Both the position numbers and the translations under genes were made by a program. Under the pieces are notes generated by a model, which had not been told where the DNA came from, searched no databases, and saw only the letters and a program-made list of their open reading frames with translations. From Bugula neritina (Eukaryota > Animalia > Bryozoa), in assembly GCA_964035545.1 (NCBI GenBank), contig OZ037766.1, positions 6,438,722 to 6,502,721 of the forward strand: 64,000 nucleotides of DNA. Direction: 5' to 3'. How positions within the stretch are numbered: the first letter of the stretch is position 1; every line of letters starts with the position of its first letter. Below are positions 15,301-29,700 of this stretch, piece by piece.

Positions 15301-18300
15301 AGTTGTTATATTGTACAACTTTTTGTGAATTGAGAGAAAGTAATATGACAGAAAGCTTGTTTCACACTCTCATCCTAAAAGTTCAGACTGGAATCTTACT
15401 TCTACCACATTAGCCATTGTTCCTTGATTTTATAGTAGCCTTTTTTCTTAATCTGGTTCATTTGATTAATAGATTATTTGACAATAAAACTGAAACGTGT
15501 TGTATTAATGTTTGTTTAATGTGTCAGCGTTTTTATTTTTGTCACTCAATTGTTTGAAGAATGAGCCATACGTTGCATCAATAACAGACCGACACTCAGG
15601 TGCTATCATCACAGTACTTGCCACTGATGCAGACACCACCTGGCCATTCAATGCTGTGACTTATGAGATAATTGGGTCTTCAGGATTGTTTACCATCAGC
15701 TCTAATGGTGTAATCACTGGAAGAAATCTTGGTGGGCCTTATTCTGCTGTCACCTGTGTGCATGTTTTTAACGCTAGTCTCCTTATTTCTGTATATACAT
15801 GTAAATGTTTTTAGATTTGCTTAAGTACTTTTTTAGTTTTTAAACTGATTTTAAACTTTTGATTTTTTTTCTAATTTGAATTTCTTGCCCTGTTTTGCAG
15901 GTTTTTCCCGCCAAACTTCCTTCACTTTAGAAATTGTGGCTAAAGACGGCGGTTTACCGCAGAAGTTTGATGTGACCACTGTTCAGATTAATGTGACTCG
16001 TAACAACTACTCGCCTGTGTGGAGAGTAGCGAGCACTTCCTCTCTAACCATTCTTGAAACACAGCCTCTTTCTGAATCTATCGACACTGTGAGTAGAAGG
16101 CCATTGCAGTTGTGGCTAGAGGACCATCTCGAAATATTGAAAATTTTAATTAAGCTTTGCTAGTTTCCTGTTATTAACTATTGAAGATCTCAACTTGCTA
16201 AACTCATTTTTATTGGCCGATTACTGTGTGAAGCCATAGTATTGGTTGTCAATGCAGGTGGTGGCTACAGATAGTGATCTTACAGAGCCATATAATATCA
16301 TAGTCTACGACACAGCAGGAACCTCTAGAGCTGAACAGTACTTTGATGTTGATGTTAAAACTGGAGACATCTTTGTGAAAAGAGATTTGAGATATCCAAC
16401 GAGCCGGACGTCGGAGACATTTGTTCTCTATCTTACAGTAAGTATAGTTGGCAACATTGTGACAAATGGTATCTTATATAATGCATGTTTCTGAAATGGT
16501 CAACAAATATTCTGGAATATACATATTGGTACTGTTAAGATATGATTTGTTTCATAAAATCACTCTTGAAATATACTTCATTGTCAACAGTAATTATTTT
16601 TATTATTATTATATTATTTTCTATAAAATTTCATTTGCATTCCAATACCATTTGAAGGTAAATGCATATGTTGCCACTATTTGAAGGTTGATCATGCATA
16701 ACTTAAGCATTCTAAGCGCCTCAAAATCATAATCTGCATTGACAAAGTTTATTATTTTTATTGCTTTTGTTTTTTATTTGATCTTTTTTAAAAACTCCCC
16801 AACCAAAGGAGCTTGAGAAATAAATAGTGTTAGGTTTTAGGACTTTATTTTGTTTAATTTTAGAGACTTGCTATGAGTTTGTAGAGATGGTAATCAATTT
16901 AGATTAAGATCAAAAAGCACTTAACAATCCCTCACCCTTTCAATACACACTTTTACTACTCATTTTGTTTTACTTTAGGCGGCTGACAATGCTCCATCTC
17001 CTCTCACTGTTTCATCTGATATCCGAAGAGATATAACTGTTTACCACAATGTGCACACACCAACATTCACCAACACCAATGAGTACAGTGTAACAGTTAG
17101 GTGAGTGGGTATCTGCATTATAATAAGAGAAGCAAGAGTAATGGGGAATATCTGCAGAAAGTTGTTTGTCCGCTATAACGTTTTGCTCTATGTGGCATTT
17201 GATTGGCTATAAAAATAGGTTTTAGTAAATAGATATTTTTACCTCATCTTGTTTAGTGGTTAACTAGTGGACAGGGTGAAGCTCTGCTGCAAGTCAAGAT
17301 TCTCTCTGTATAGTATATGAATCTGATTTTATTTTTTCTAATTTCTTTTCTTACCTTTTCTTATTAATGTTTTTTGTATGAAGTTTCAGTACAATTACGA
17401 GCAGTTTAAATAGTTTTCACATTTCGTGTCAGGTTAAATTAAAATACAACCTTTCTAAAATTCTGTATAATACTATTTAGACCTGATGAGACTTCTGGTA
17501 CGACTATCTTCACATTCACTGTGACTGACAATGATGTCATAGAGCCATTTAACCAATACACCTTGAGTATTGAGTTAGGGTTTGATAAAGCTCACGAGTA
17601 CTTCTCCATTAACCAGAACGGAGAGGTGAAGGTCAAGAAAGACTTCAATACAGACAGCACTGATGTGAGTGAAACTTGCGTTAGAATGCAGTTATACTTT
17701 ACAAGGGAGGCATTGCCCACACTGTTGTTCAGTATTTAAAATAGAAATATTATAGATTAATGTACGAGCACACTGTACTGGTGTTAATATCAGTAGCCAT
17801 GTCTGTCACTAGAGATAATATGAACTCTCATACACATAATGCATTGGAAGCTGATTGAATTAAGTTACTTGGTTACTATTGCAATATGACCTTATTTTAT
17901 TTATTTTTGACATTGCGACCAATATATTATGTTATTTAAAATATAAAGTAGGCCGTCATTGTAAAAAGTCATATATGTAAATTTTTATACTCAAGCACAC
18001 CTATGAGCCTAAATTTATGAAATTTCGAGTGTAGCTTCGACAACTGAGATGGTATTTTGGAGTTATTTAACTTTTCAAGAGCTCTGAAATACCCTGGTGT
18101 CACAGTATTACTGTAGCACAGGACATGATATAGTGGAACTTGTCATAATACTGGTGCTGTGTTACAGGTCTACCGACTCTTAGTAAAGGCCACAGATGGA
18201 GGAACTCCTGCTAAGTTCTCTTACCAGCAGCTGGTGATCAGAGTGGACCGACCAGCTCCAGTGTTTCAGCATGACATCTATAATGTTACCATCTCTAGGA

Positions 18301-20682
18301 AGACTCAGTTACAGACACAAGTCTACAGGGTTGTAGCTACAGTGAGTATAAGTATTATATATAGACAACCTGTGCATATTTCTTCCAAACAAATCCTTCA
18401 ACAAATATAGGAAAAAAATTATATGACACTTCCTACAATTTGAATAATATGTGCTATGAATAATATTCCTAGCTTCAAAGCAGTACAATATTTATATTTT
18501 ACTTGCATAGGAAATGGTGTAATTCAAATCTTTTGCATTCTTTACAATAGGTAACAAAAGTACACAGTTGCTTGTCATATTGTATTCTATGATACATAAC
18601 ATATAATTAGGCATATGATGGCAAGTGAAGTGGTCTTTAAGTTGTTCATATAAGATATCAATAGTAAAGAATCTGTTTACTGTATGCTAAATCAAAAAAG
18701 CCGCATAAAATTTTGTCACTCATCAGAGCTTCTACAGAAAATGGGAAATAATTTTGCTTTAAAGAGTCAAATAACACCAAAAACTTATAGCAATTAGAAC
18801 AATACCTAATAGTATATCTCAGCTATGCAGCTGCAATTATATTATTGTAGCAATACTATATCAATATTTTATTATAGCAATACTATACCTGTACTTTACT
18901 GTAGCAATACTATACCTATACTTTACTGTTGCAATCATCTACCAATACCTTATTGTAGCAATACTACACATTAGTCATATTATCTCTTTATTTGTCTGAT
19001 GTTGCAATTTTCATTTTAATTGACGTTAGTTTACATAATTAAACAGAGCAGTATGTTACTTTTGTGCAGTTTTGGTTTCAAGTCACTAATATTATTTTAT
19101 ACCTTTAGGATATTTGATTTTGAAAATGCCATACAAGTTTTCACCTTAGCGGCTCTGCAGTTTGTAGTGGCTTGTGTCAAGTTTACAGACATTGAAAGCT
19201 TAGATACTATTTTAAAGAAAAACCTTTGCTGGCCAAGTTGCATAGGTTTTTATTTGAAAATGAATAACTACTGTTAATCTATGAATTTAGTATCTTTGTT
19301 GTAATCTATAAATATGGTGAACAATATTTTTTGGAAAGTAAGTTCATTAACAAAATTCCAAAAGTTGCATATAAATTATTATATTGCATACGTGAACAGT
19401 TGTTGGGGCATTCATTCTATTAACAACTGGATCTTCAAGTTGGTTATCGGGTTTCATCAATTTTATCAGCATTGTGAAGCGTATAGGGGGTGTAGCTCAA
19501 ATGGTAGAGCGCTCGCTTAGCATGCGAGAGGTACCGGGATCGATACCCGGCACCTCCACAGTTTTTACCCTTTTTTTCCTTGATTGTGAGCATAATACTA
19601 GTAGCATATGCTGCTAGTTGGATTGGAATGCCTCCAATGTACATTTTATTCTGCACACCTAAGTCTATTCAAGAACAAAAATTGGTCTCTTTCTAATAAA
19701 CAAATTTTTTTTTTCTTTTCACAGTCTAGTCAAGGTGCTCTTACATACTTACTGGAGGGAGGAAACTCCGAAAACACATTCTTGCTTCAACCAGATGGTA
19801 ATTTGCTGCTAGTTGCTGTACCAAGTCAAGATTCCTACTCACTCCGAGTACGAGCAACTGACGGTGGTGAAATACCAAAGTTTGCCTCTGCAACAATTAA
19901 CGTCATCGTAACTGATGACGGATGTGCTACATTTGACACTACTATAGTGTAAGTAGTTTGACACTCAGAAATTTAGCTAAATAATGTTTAACATATAGAA
20001 AAAGTATGCAGTTGATAGGCTCAGGGAAGCCTTTTTTCAGTATTTGTTGTTTTATTGTCTTTGTTTCAAGTTGAAAATATTTTTATTCTGGGTAATTATT
20101 CAAACTTTGAAATTCCTATCATCTGGCAATTGATTGCAATTCTTGGTGCATATTTTGAAGTGAAGCATGTACAATGGAATAAACTAGTTAGGGTGTAGTT
20201 TAAATTAGCATAATTAACATAGTAATGACAATTCTAAGAAAAATAGCAACCGTTATTGAATGACCCAATTAGTTTTGCACCGCTATTCATCAAGCCATGA
20301 TAGTATAGTGGTTAGTACTTCGCGTTGTGGCCGCGAAAACCCAGGTTCGAATCCTGGTCATGGCATTTTTGTCACTTCAAATTTTATTTTGATTTTTTTT
20401 TTTCTCCGACTTGTGTGTGTTTTATTGTAGTTTCTTTTTCTTAGGACATAAAATATCAACGATTTGTAGCAAAAATAGCATGAATTTAGTTTGATTTATT
20501 TTCATGCAATTTTACTCAATACTCAATTGATTCATCCTGTATGTTTCTGATGACTAGTTTGTGTGAGTACATACACTGCCGAAAATAACCCAATCTCCAT
20601 GCATTACCTTTCAGTATTCATTTAATTAAATTTATTCATTTGTAAGTGTTGTAAGAACTTTAATAACAATTTTTGTAAAGAA

Positions 20683-20717
<35 letters not shown>

Positions 20718-23700
20718 CATCTATCTATTTAAACCTGAACACAAGTCTTTAATTCCATGTTGTTTAATTTTCTTGTTCTCTGTGTGCTCAGGGTGGAGGT
20801 TGATCAGATGGGAGGTATATTCACTCTGACTCAGCCTGTATCTGATGTAACCTGGAGACTGGTGGGAATTGGTAAAGCCTTGCAGTACTTCTCTGTGGAG
20901 AACTCGACAGGAATTGTTAGAGTTATCAAGCCACTGTCTGAAGACGATTCTGAAAAATACACTCTCAAGGTTTGAGGATTATTTGATAGAGAATTAGTTA
21001 GTGAGCCCGCGTCTAAGTCTGATTGGGAGTTGTCATCTTTATGAGAAATCCTGATACCATCTGGTTTTGAAACTGAATTAAAATAACATACTATTTATTA
21101 TTTCAATCTAAAATACAATATGAATGCAATACAAATGTTATTTACACGCAGTGTGCGTGGCATATAAACACGCAGTGACTGCCCGCGTGTTTATATGCCA
21201 CGCACACACACACTCATACATAATATGTTGCGTAATAGAATATTTATAATACAATATGATATTTACGTATATTATATGCAGATTGAGGCATCTAAACGCA
21301 CAGGAACCCAGTGCTCAGTGTACGGATACTTGAATGTGTCAGTAAGCCGATATGTGAACAGTGGACCTGTATTCACCTCATCACCCAGCTGGAATATCAC
21401 TATAGCTGAGAATTTCCCCTTGTATACCCAGGTGTGTGTATAGTCATAATATTTCTGTACATACACCTTTCATCTCTGTGTTGTTATAAATGTGGTTATA
21501 GATGTGAAAGTGGTAATACATGGTATAGTCGAGCTGTATTGCAAACTGCAATTGCTATCTCCTGCAGTAATTGTAATGAGTTTTTTGCTTAAATTTAGGA
21601 CACCAAATTGTTAGTATACTTTAAAAACAGTTTTAATTTTTTCTTCACTAAAATGGATTTATCTATGTAAGACCGCTTGTTTGAAAGTAAATAATACGGT
21701 TTTAAAGTGATTTTCATTAACAAAAATCAAAAGCCATAAAATATTTATTCGTAAGTTGTCACCACATGCTTCAACCAAACTACATCCTTTGAGTAAAAAG
21801 CTCATTTTAATTTTGTTACTGCATAAAGTTTTCTACCATTAAGCTTATTTTGTTTCCAATGTTTTCTATTTGGTTGATATCTTTGTAACTTCAACCATAT
21901 AACCATATAAAGTTTATATATTTGCAATCTTACCTGGTTCTTTTTATTGCCTTTACTACAGTAAGCTCGAATACTAAGCTCAATATTATATAATCTCATA
22001 TACTTATTTTACACTTTGAGGAATAGAAAAGTGCTAAAATGAAAAATATTTTTAGGGTTTCATACAAAACAGTGAATACGAAGTAATTCCCATTATGTAA
22101 GCTACAAAACTCAATTACTTAGTTGTGTATAATTCACATCTACTAGAGAGTAGAGTCTAGGCCAACCATTCTTGTTTTAAAAGTTCTATTTTTGCTTAAA
22201 ATAAGTCATGTTTTTAATTAATGTTCAAGGTCACACACTGTTTGTTATATACACTACACCTTAATCTTCAGATATTATACTTCTGGCTTTCAGGTGTTTA
22301 ACATTGATGCCTCCGACCCAGATGGTGACGCTATAGTCATCTCAATGAGATCTAGTGGTGGTCTCGATGGTTCCCAGTATTTCTTCATGGTGCCAGATGG
22401 TAGAGTGATACTTCAGAAGCCTTTGCTTGGCACAGCTGGAAATGTTTACATGTTCAATGTCACTGTAAGTTTTATATTCAGAGAAAGACGTCTTTCTCAA
22501 GTTTCTATTTAATTTGTATTATTTATATATTAAGATAGTTCCCTAATTTTTTTTGCAATTGGTAAGCATTTTAAAATAACAAGTTACTTTTACTGAGCGG
22601 TTTCATATTGGCATTTGTTTTTCTGTTTTTGCTAATCACAATTTATTTGATCAACAGTAAGTTCAAATCACCTTATTTTACTTTTCATGACTTTTTTAGG
22701 CTACTGACGGAAAATCCTTTGCCACCGGCTTGTTATACATTCAGATAGCTGCTAGCAGCGGGTCAAGCCTGAGGTTTGTAAATGAGCCATATAGGTTTGA
22801 CCTAGATGATGGAACTGAAGCTAACCAGATTGTATTTAGTAATGTACAAATAGAACAGAATAATCTGAAAGGGGAAGCAAGATTTGTAGTCACTGGCATC
22901 GTGCCAGCTCCCAGTTTCTTCTCTGTTAATGCATTAACAGGTATGCAAAGTCTATGAATTACAAAACTTCATATTCTCCTGAAAGATTAGACAATTAATA
23001 TTTATATTTTATAGTTTTAGATGTCTATTTGTATGTATTGAAGTGTAAATTTGTCATGTATACTGGATTAGAATGACATGCTAGTCCATGATTGCCATAT
23101 ATCAATTGCTATATTCATATAATAGTAATATAATAGAATACAATATAATGTAGTCAGTAGTGTAATATAATATAATGTAAGATAATATAATGTAATACGA
23201 TATATAGTCTGTGTAATCCTGAATTATTGCTGTTCCATTATGCTCATCGAGGTTGAGAAAAAGTTGTCAAAATGATTTGCAAAACAAGTGTATGTATTAC
23301 AGGTGATCTTACATTGAAGAGATCATTGAAAGTGGATGTAGCTAATCAATACATAGTACAGTTAGAGGTCTATGATACTGGAGAACCCTTGAGACGTGAC
23401 ATAACTAATATAACAGTCAGTATAAGTACCAGTCCCCCCTGCATTGCGGATAGTAGCAACACTTGCACTGACTGGGAAGATACAGTTACCATTCCTGAAA
23501 CCCAGCTAGGAGGAATTTCATTTTATACTGTGAGTTTGTGTGTATATATAATAACATTTTGTTTGGTGATGTAAATGTAGTTCAACTACATGAAGTATGC
23601 AGTTTTGTTATGCCTTTATCTGATGGTAGCTGAAGGCACAATATTTCTGTTTTATTGACTCATTGGTTCTAGCTATCACAGTGGTTTGTAGACTTTACTA

Positions 23701-26700
23701 GATATATTTTACAGTTCAGGAAGAAAAAATGCTTCAAACAGTTATAATTTGTCATTTCTCATTCACCCATATGACTTTCGTTGCACGCCTACACTTTTAA
23801 TGCCTTTATGCTTATTAGTCAACTTAAGCTTAAATTATATATAAGGAAGTGCTAAATGATGAAAAACTTTTAAAATTCTTAATGTTAATCATGACTAACA
23901 TAATGAATTATTAACATTATTATTATTATACCAATATGAATTTTACCTTTGGCAGCTAGAACCTCTATGCGTATAAAAAAAATTCGTTTATTTATTCTAA
24001 CAGATTCCTGGCAGAGAACCGAATGGTGAAGAATTGGTCTACTCATTAGTCAGTCCAACATCTGATTTAGCCAGAGTTCACTTCTATGTATCTGCTGGAG
24101 AAGGTGGGGAGGGGCATGTGTACATCTCCTTGTCTCTCACACAGACTGAGTCTAGTGGATTTACTCTGTTCATTGTCGCCAATGATGTCTCCAGCAGAAG
24201 TCAAACAAGTAACACTCTCAAGGTAACCTGTGACTTCAAACTTTTAAACATTGAAATCACTAGCTATGATGATTTAATTCTAGTAACTTTGATATTGATC
24301 TTTTTAGCTAATTCTAGTAACTTTTGCATTATTTCTTAGCTGAATGTGGTGGTGGTACGGAATACGTGTGCCCCTGAAGTACCGCAGCTATATGAAGTAA
24401 CTGTGCCGGAGAATAAGCCAGTAAACAATGAAGTGGTCAGAGTGCAGGCAACAGATTGTGACTCGCAGTTTAGTTATGGGTATCTGACGTACACTCTGAT
24501 TGGAGATGATAATGGTCCAGTAAGTCAAACTATTGCCATTTGTTGTTTAACTTACAATAATTTTTTAGAAGTAAAAAAACTGTTTCTTGAAGCTGTAAAG
24601 TTAAGTAAATTCATTCTGTATTATTAGATTACATTTTAGTGTTTTTGGAATTTAATAAAATATTGACACCATGCCCATCATAACTATGTTCAATTTTGTC
24701 ATCAATTTTGTACATTCATTTTCTTCAATGCTGAGTACAAAATTCTAGCTGTTTCTAGCTGTTTATATCCTTTAGTAATCCAAATATTGTCTCTTGACTA
24801 AACCGATTATACAATTTTATTTCGAAATCTCTGTAATAATGGTATTGCAGATATTTTTCCGAATTGACAAGTATTCAGGACGAGTCAGGGTGAACAGGGA
24901 TCTGTCAGGGGACACGTCAGAGGACTACCAGCTACGAGTTCTTGTCACAGATGGGGCAACTCCTGGACGAACCAACTCTACTATTGTGAAAATCCGTATC
25001 AACAGAAACATATGTGCACCTGAGTTCCAGGGAACTGCCAGCTACACGTTCACTGTCCCGGAAACTCAAACACTAGGTACAAACTGTGCTATTTTAAACT
25101 CTAGATGGTTATATGTTCATTTGTTCACATAGCATCTCGTTTAATAGGGTCAGTTATTATCCTTGCTTTCACAAAACACAATTCTAAATGCTTTTATTCT
25201 CGTAATATTTCCAGTGCGATTTTTGCAGCAGATTTGAGATTTTTTCTGGTCTTGAACTTGCTTCAGGCTTGTACAATGTTGTCGGTTTATATAAACCTTT
25301 TTTTAGCCAGTTTTGTAGATTATGTATCTATTTATGAAACAGGTGGTTGGTTATTTTTGTGATGGTATAAAAAAGTAAATTCTACAAACTGGCTGCTGAT
25401 CTGAAGCAAGATTTAATCAATTTTTGTATTTATAATAGACACACCATTTACCATTTATTAAATATCTGTAGCTTACTAAAAGGAGTTTTTCCAGAGTTTT
25501 AAATACCATTTGATGTTATAGTCAGCCTAATTTTCTTATTATGTAATATTTTTGGAGACTTTATAACAACTAAACGATACTTCAATGTTATATTGAAGCA
25601 CCTCCTCTATGTTACTCATCCTCTGCTTACTATTAACTGTTCATATTACTTTGCAATAATAACACCATAGTAGAGTCATTATGAGAGTTGCTTTTGAATT
25701 CAGGTGACACTATCGGAACTGTACAGGCAGCTGACTGTGACAGCAACATACCATTCAACACCATCCAGTACTTTATCAGTCAGAATTCTACCTCCCTGGC
25801 TAGAGAGTACTTTGGCATCAGAACCAACGGGGAGATTTATGTGCGACAATCGCTCCTCAAAGACATCAGAAACACCGGCACTTACACTGTTAGTCCATAG
25901 CTAGTAGCCGGTACAAAATATATAGTGTTATACTGTGCATATTTGTATCCCTTGGTATATCTTTCTAAAAGACCTACTAGAACATTATTTATATAATGTG
26001 TGTATATTCTTTCCATACTGCTATTTTAGTTAACAATTTACGCTGTTGATGGAGGTAGTCCAGGAAGATGGAGCTCGAACTTAGCTACTATCACAATATA
26101 TGTATATAGAAACCTCTATCCACCATCTTTCAGCAATGGTAGGTGGCTTGCTCTACCCTGATCTATAGCACCTGTACGCTACTATTATTAGTTTACAAAT
26201 GTCACGCATTCTATAGACTGGGATATATGGCTTGAAAAAATGAAGTGATAAAGTTTTTCCCCTTTCTATGTGTATTGTGTTAGTTTTATTCTTGAGAAAA
26301 TTTTCAAGGTAGTCTGCAAAGTGTTGTTTTGTTGGCTATTCTATGCATGTAGGTTGAGTAACAATGTCTTAAATCAGAACTGTTGATAATTCCTTAAAGT
26401 TTGAGTTTTGAAGATGTGCTGTCTAATATGTTGTTATGTTTGATAGACTGCAGCTACATCATAATATAACTTCTATAACTTCTATTCAGAAGTTTTTGTT
26501 CAAACTATTAAAGCTCATGTTGATGGTTTTTAAACCTGCACATAGCTACAGCACCCATCACTACATGTATTTCTTTAATATCATAACACTTATTATTATA
26601 AACTTACATTTGTACCTACAATACGAAGTAACACTTACATCTCCCATCCTATACACAGGTACGTACCACACCCAGATTCCCGCCACTACAGTTGTCAATA

Positions 26701-29700
26701 CGGTAGTATTCACTTGTGTTGCAACTGATCGCGATACTCAACCTCCGTTCAACACTCTAACATATGAGATGGTGATGTTAGATAACACAGCCGGCCTGTA
26801 TTTTGATGTCAGATCTAATGGGGATATAGTTCTCACCAACTCCATATTACACGACAATCTTGACAAGTACCAGGTATTGTATTACATTGTTACTAATATT
26901 ATTAGGTACTGCTTCATCTCGTGTGAACTTGGAAATCTAACCCTCATGGAATAAGCACTTGTAATCATAAACAGTTATTGTATTCTTTTGGGCTAGAAGG
27001 TTTTGTGTTGAGCCCTGCCGTGATATTGAGAAAGATTTTTTTACCAGAAAGAGAGTTAGTTTTAGTTGCTATACAGTTCAATAGTTGAAACATGAGGAAT
27101 ACAGGAAATTAACAGTTATGCAAATAATAAAGAAAATTATACAATGAGAAATAAGAACATTGATTATTGTAACAAGAAGTTATCTACTCTTGATACTTAG
27201 ACACGATAAGACAATTACTAGTATGAGTGTTTTTAACAGAATTGGTAATTATATAAATAGTATGTATATTGTCATTAGAGTGGAAGATTGCGTTCTATCA
27301 GTATTTTCTAATAATATAAATAGTTACAGCTGAAGCATACCGTAAATTACACACTTATTTTCATTCCATTGGCTGCAACAAATCACATGTGACAATACCT
27401 GCAATCTGCATATAAATAGCCTACTTTGTTCTTGTAGGTCCAGTGTTTGGTTCGAGACGGGGGTGAGCCCTCCCTCACTCACACAACTAATGTTTATATT
27501 AGCGTTAGAAGAAACATCCAGGCTCCAGTGTTTGTGCAGAATGTCTCAGCTACCATATCTGTTTGTGAAGAGAGGTCATTGGGAGATCTCTTTGCCTATG
27601 TGACTGCCACAGACGCAGATGCCACTGTAAGTTTTATGTCAAAGTTTCTTATCAATACCACAGCTACAAGATTACTTTTCAATAAAATTTTATTTTTCGC
27701 AAATTAATGTTGATCAAAGTGCTTTTTTCCCAAATTATCACTTCAAATTCTACACAGCCAACAGATTTATGTGTGACTACCAAACCTACATGTTTTATAA
27801 CTTTGTATTATTACACGAGCCAAAATTTCACAATGTGGTTTTGGCTAAAAAACTAGAAACTAGAAATTTAATGAGTTTTATCAACTCTGTTGAAGAGAGC
27901 CACAGAGCTGTGAAGTTTAAATATTACTTGCAATGAACATGGATGCAAACAACTGAAATAATACAACAACAGCCTCAAGCTGTTATTGTATTTTGCAGCT
28001 ATTCTGTTATTGTATGTAGTGCTCCTTCTGTATAATACATAGACTGTGTGTATTGTCTCCCTTGTACACAGACACATGTATAAGTTGACCTATATATAGG
28101 CACCATGGAACACTCTAACGTACCAACTACTGGGTGACACAGCTGCTAAGCAGTACTTTGACATAGACTCTCACTCTGGAGGATTGTATGTAAAGAGAGA
28201 TCTACGCACAACTTATGAAACAGAATTTACAGCTGAGATCCAAGCAACAGATGGGGGTGGACGTACAACCAACCCTAATATTTACGTAAAACTGTCTGTG
28301 AGCCACAACAGCTATTCACCTGAGTTCTCTACTATTTCTTGTGACAGAACGGTGGGGGCTACAGGTGTCGGTACCGTAGTCACTGTTCAAGCAACTGACC
28401 TAGACCAAGGTTAGAATTACAGCAATAAATTTGTTTCATGTTTCAACCAATGCTTGAATTTTTATTTTAGTGCAAATATGGTATTACCCAAGTATCAACA
28501 AGCCAGTAGTCACCTACACTTTAACTTGTCATTATTTTGCATTTTGTGTTCAAATTTAAATTAATTTTGTCGTTTCACTGATGCAGCATATCAAAAATGA
28601 AAACTTACCATTGGATGCACTCTGAGTATGGAGTGCCAAATGGTCAAAAATTCCATACTCTGAGTGCATATCTAGAACTGCTCTACTTTACATTTTATGA
28701 AATATTCTCAACACTATAAGTTGATGTATGAGAGCTAGCTATTCTGGAAATGCATCATTTGCCACTGTATACGAATATTCAATCTATGGGTATCAAGGCA
28801 TGAGCTGAACGTTCTCATTTTTGTTGGCCTTCATATCTTCTAATCAGACATCTACTTTGTAGGCTGCAATCACTCTGTGATAAGCTACTCTATTGTGGGA
28901 GACCAGGCATCTCTGCAAGCGTTTGGTATCAACCCCAGGAGCGGTGCAGTGTTCAGGAAGCCCGGGATCACCCAGTTGAACATAGACCTGTTTAACTTGA
29001 GGTAACTTACTAGCAACCAATACTATTAATAGATAGCATCAATATTTTTGATCTCTACTATTGGTCAATATCATTAGTCTAGTTAGTTGTCTTGTGTCTT
29101 ATCAGGCTGTGATATGTTGTACGTGTTTGTAAATAGCTCAAATTCTTTATCTTAGGTTTTGTAATTTTGCCTATGTTTAAAATAGTGGTATGAGAATAAT
29201 AATTATAAGATGTATTATACGTAGCATTATTTGTAATATATTCCTTAAATAAACTTTACACTGCTTCATACTGTTACAATGTTAATTAGAAGGTTTATTG
29301 TTTAAATATCTGCAGTTTCTCTGTGAAGTATTATTAAATAGTTGAATCAGAGCTATTTTATTCTAAACTTGAAATTCTCTTGTTGCGTCTAAAGAGTAAG
29401 AGCTCAAGATAATGGACAGCCACCTAGATCTATAGAGAAAGTTTGTGTAATAAAGTTGGAGGGGCTAACCTACGTCCCCATAGTTATCTCACCAGGACCT
29501 TATAGTGGGGTAGTGAATGAAACAGATCCTATTGAGTATCGAACCGATCTACAGATTCCCCGAACACCAACAGGTAGAATATGTTGACATGCATGAGTGA
29601 ATTCATTTATTTATTTTCATGCAATAATATAAAAAATGCACAAACTACAATAAAATATACAAAAGATTGTCTTTCATGTTGCTGCTTCAATGATCGTCAG

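Noticed and set aside
13242-19656. ORFs 13242-13451, 13271-13456, 19314-19520 and 19444-19656 as proteins
   Set aside because: Spurious translations across tRNA-Cys and tRNA-Ala
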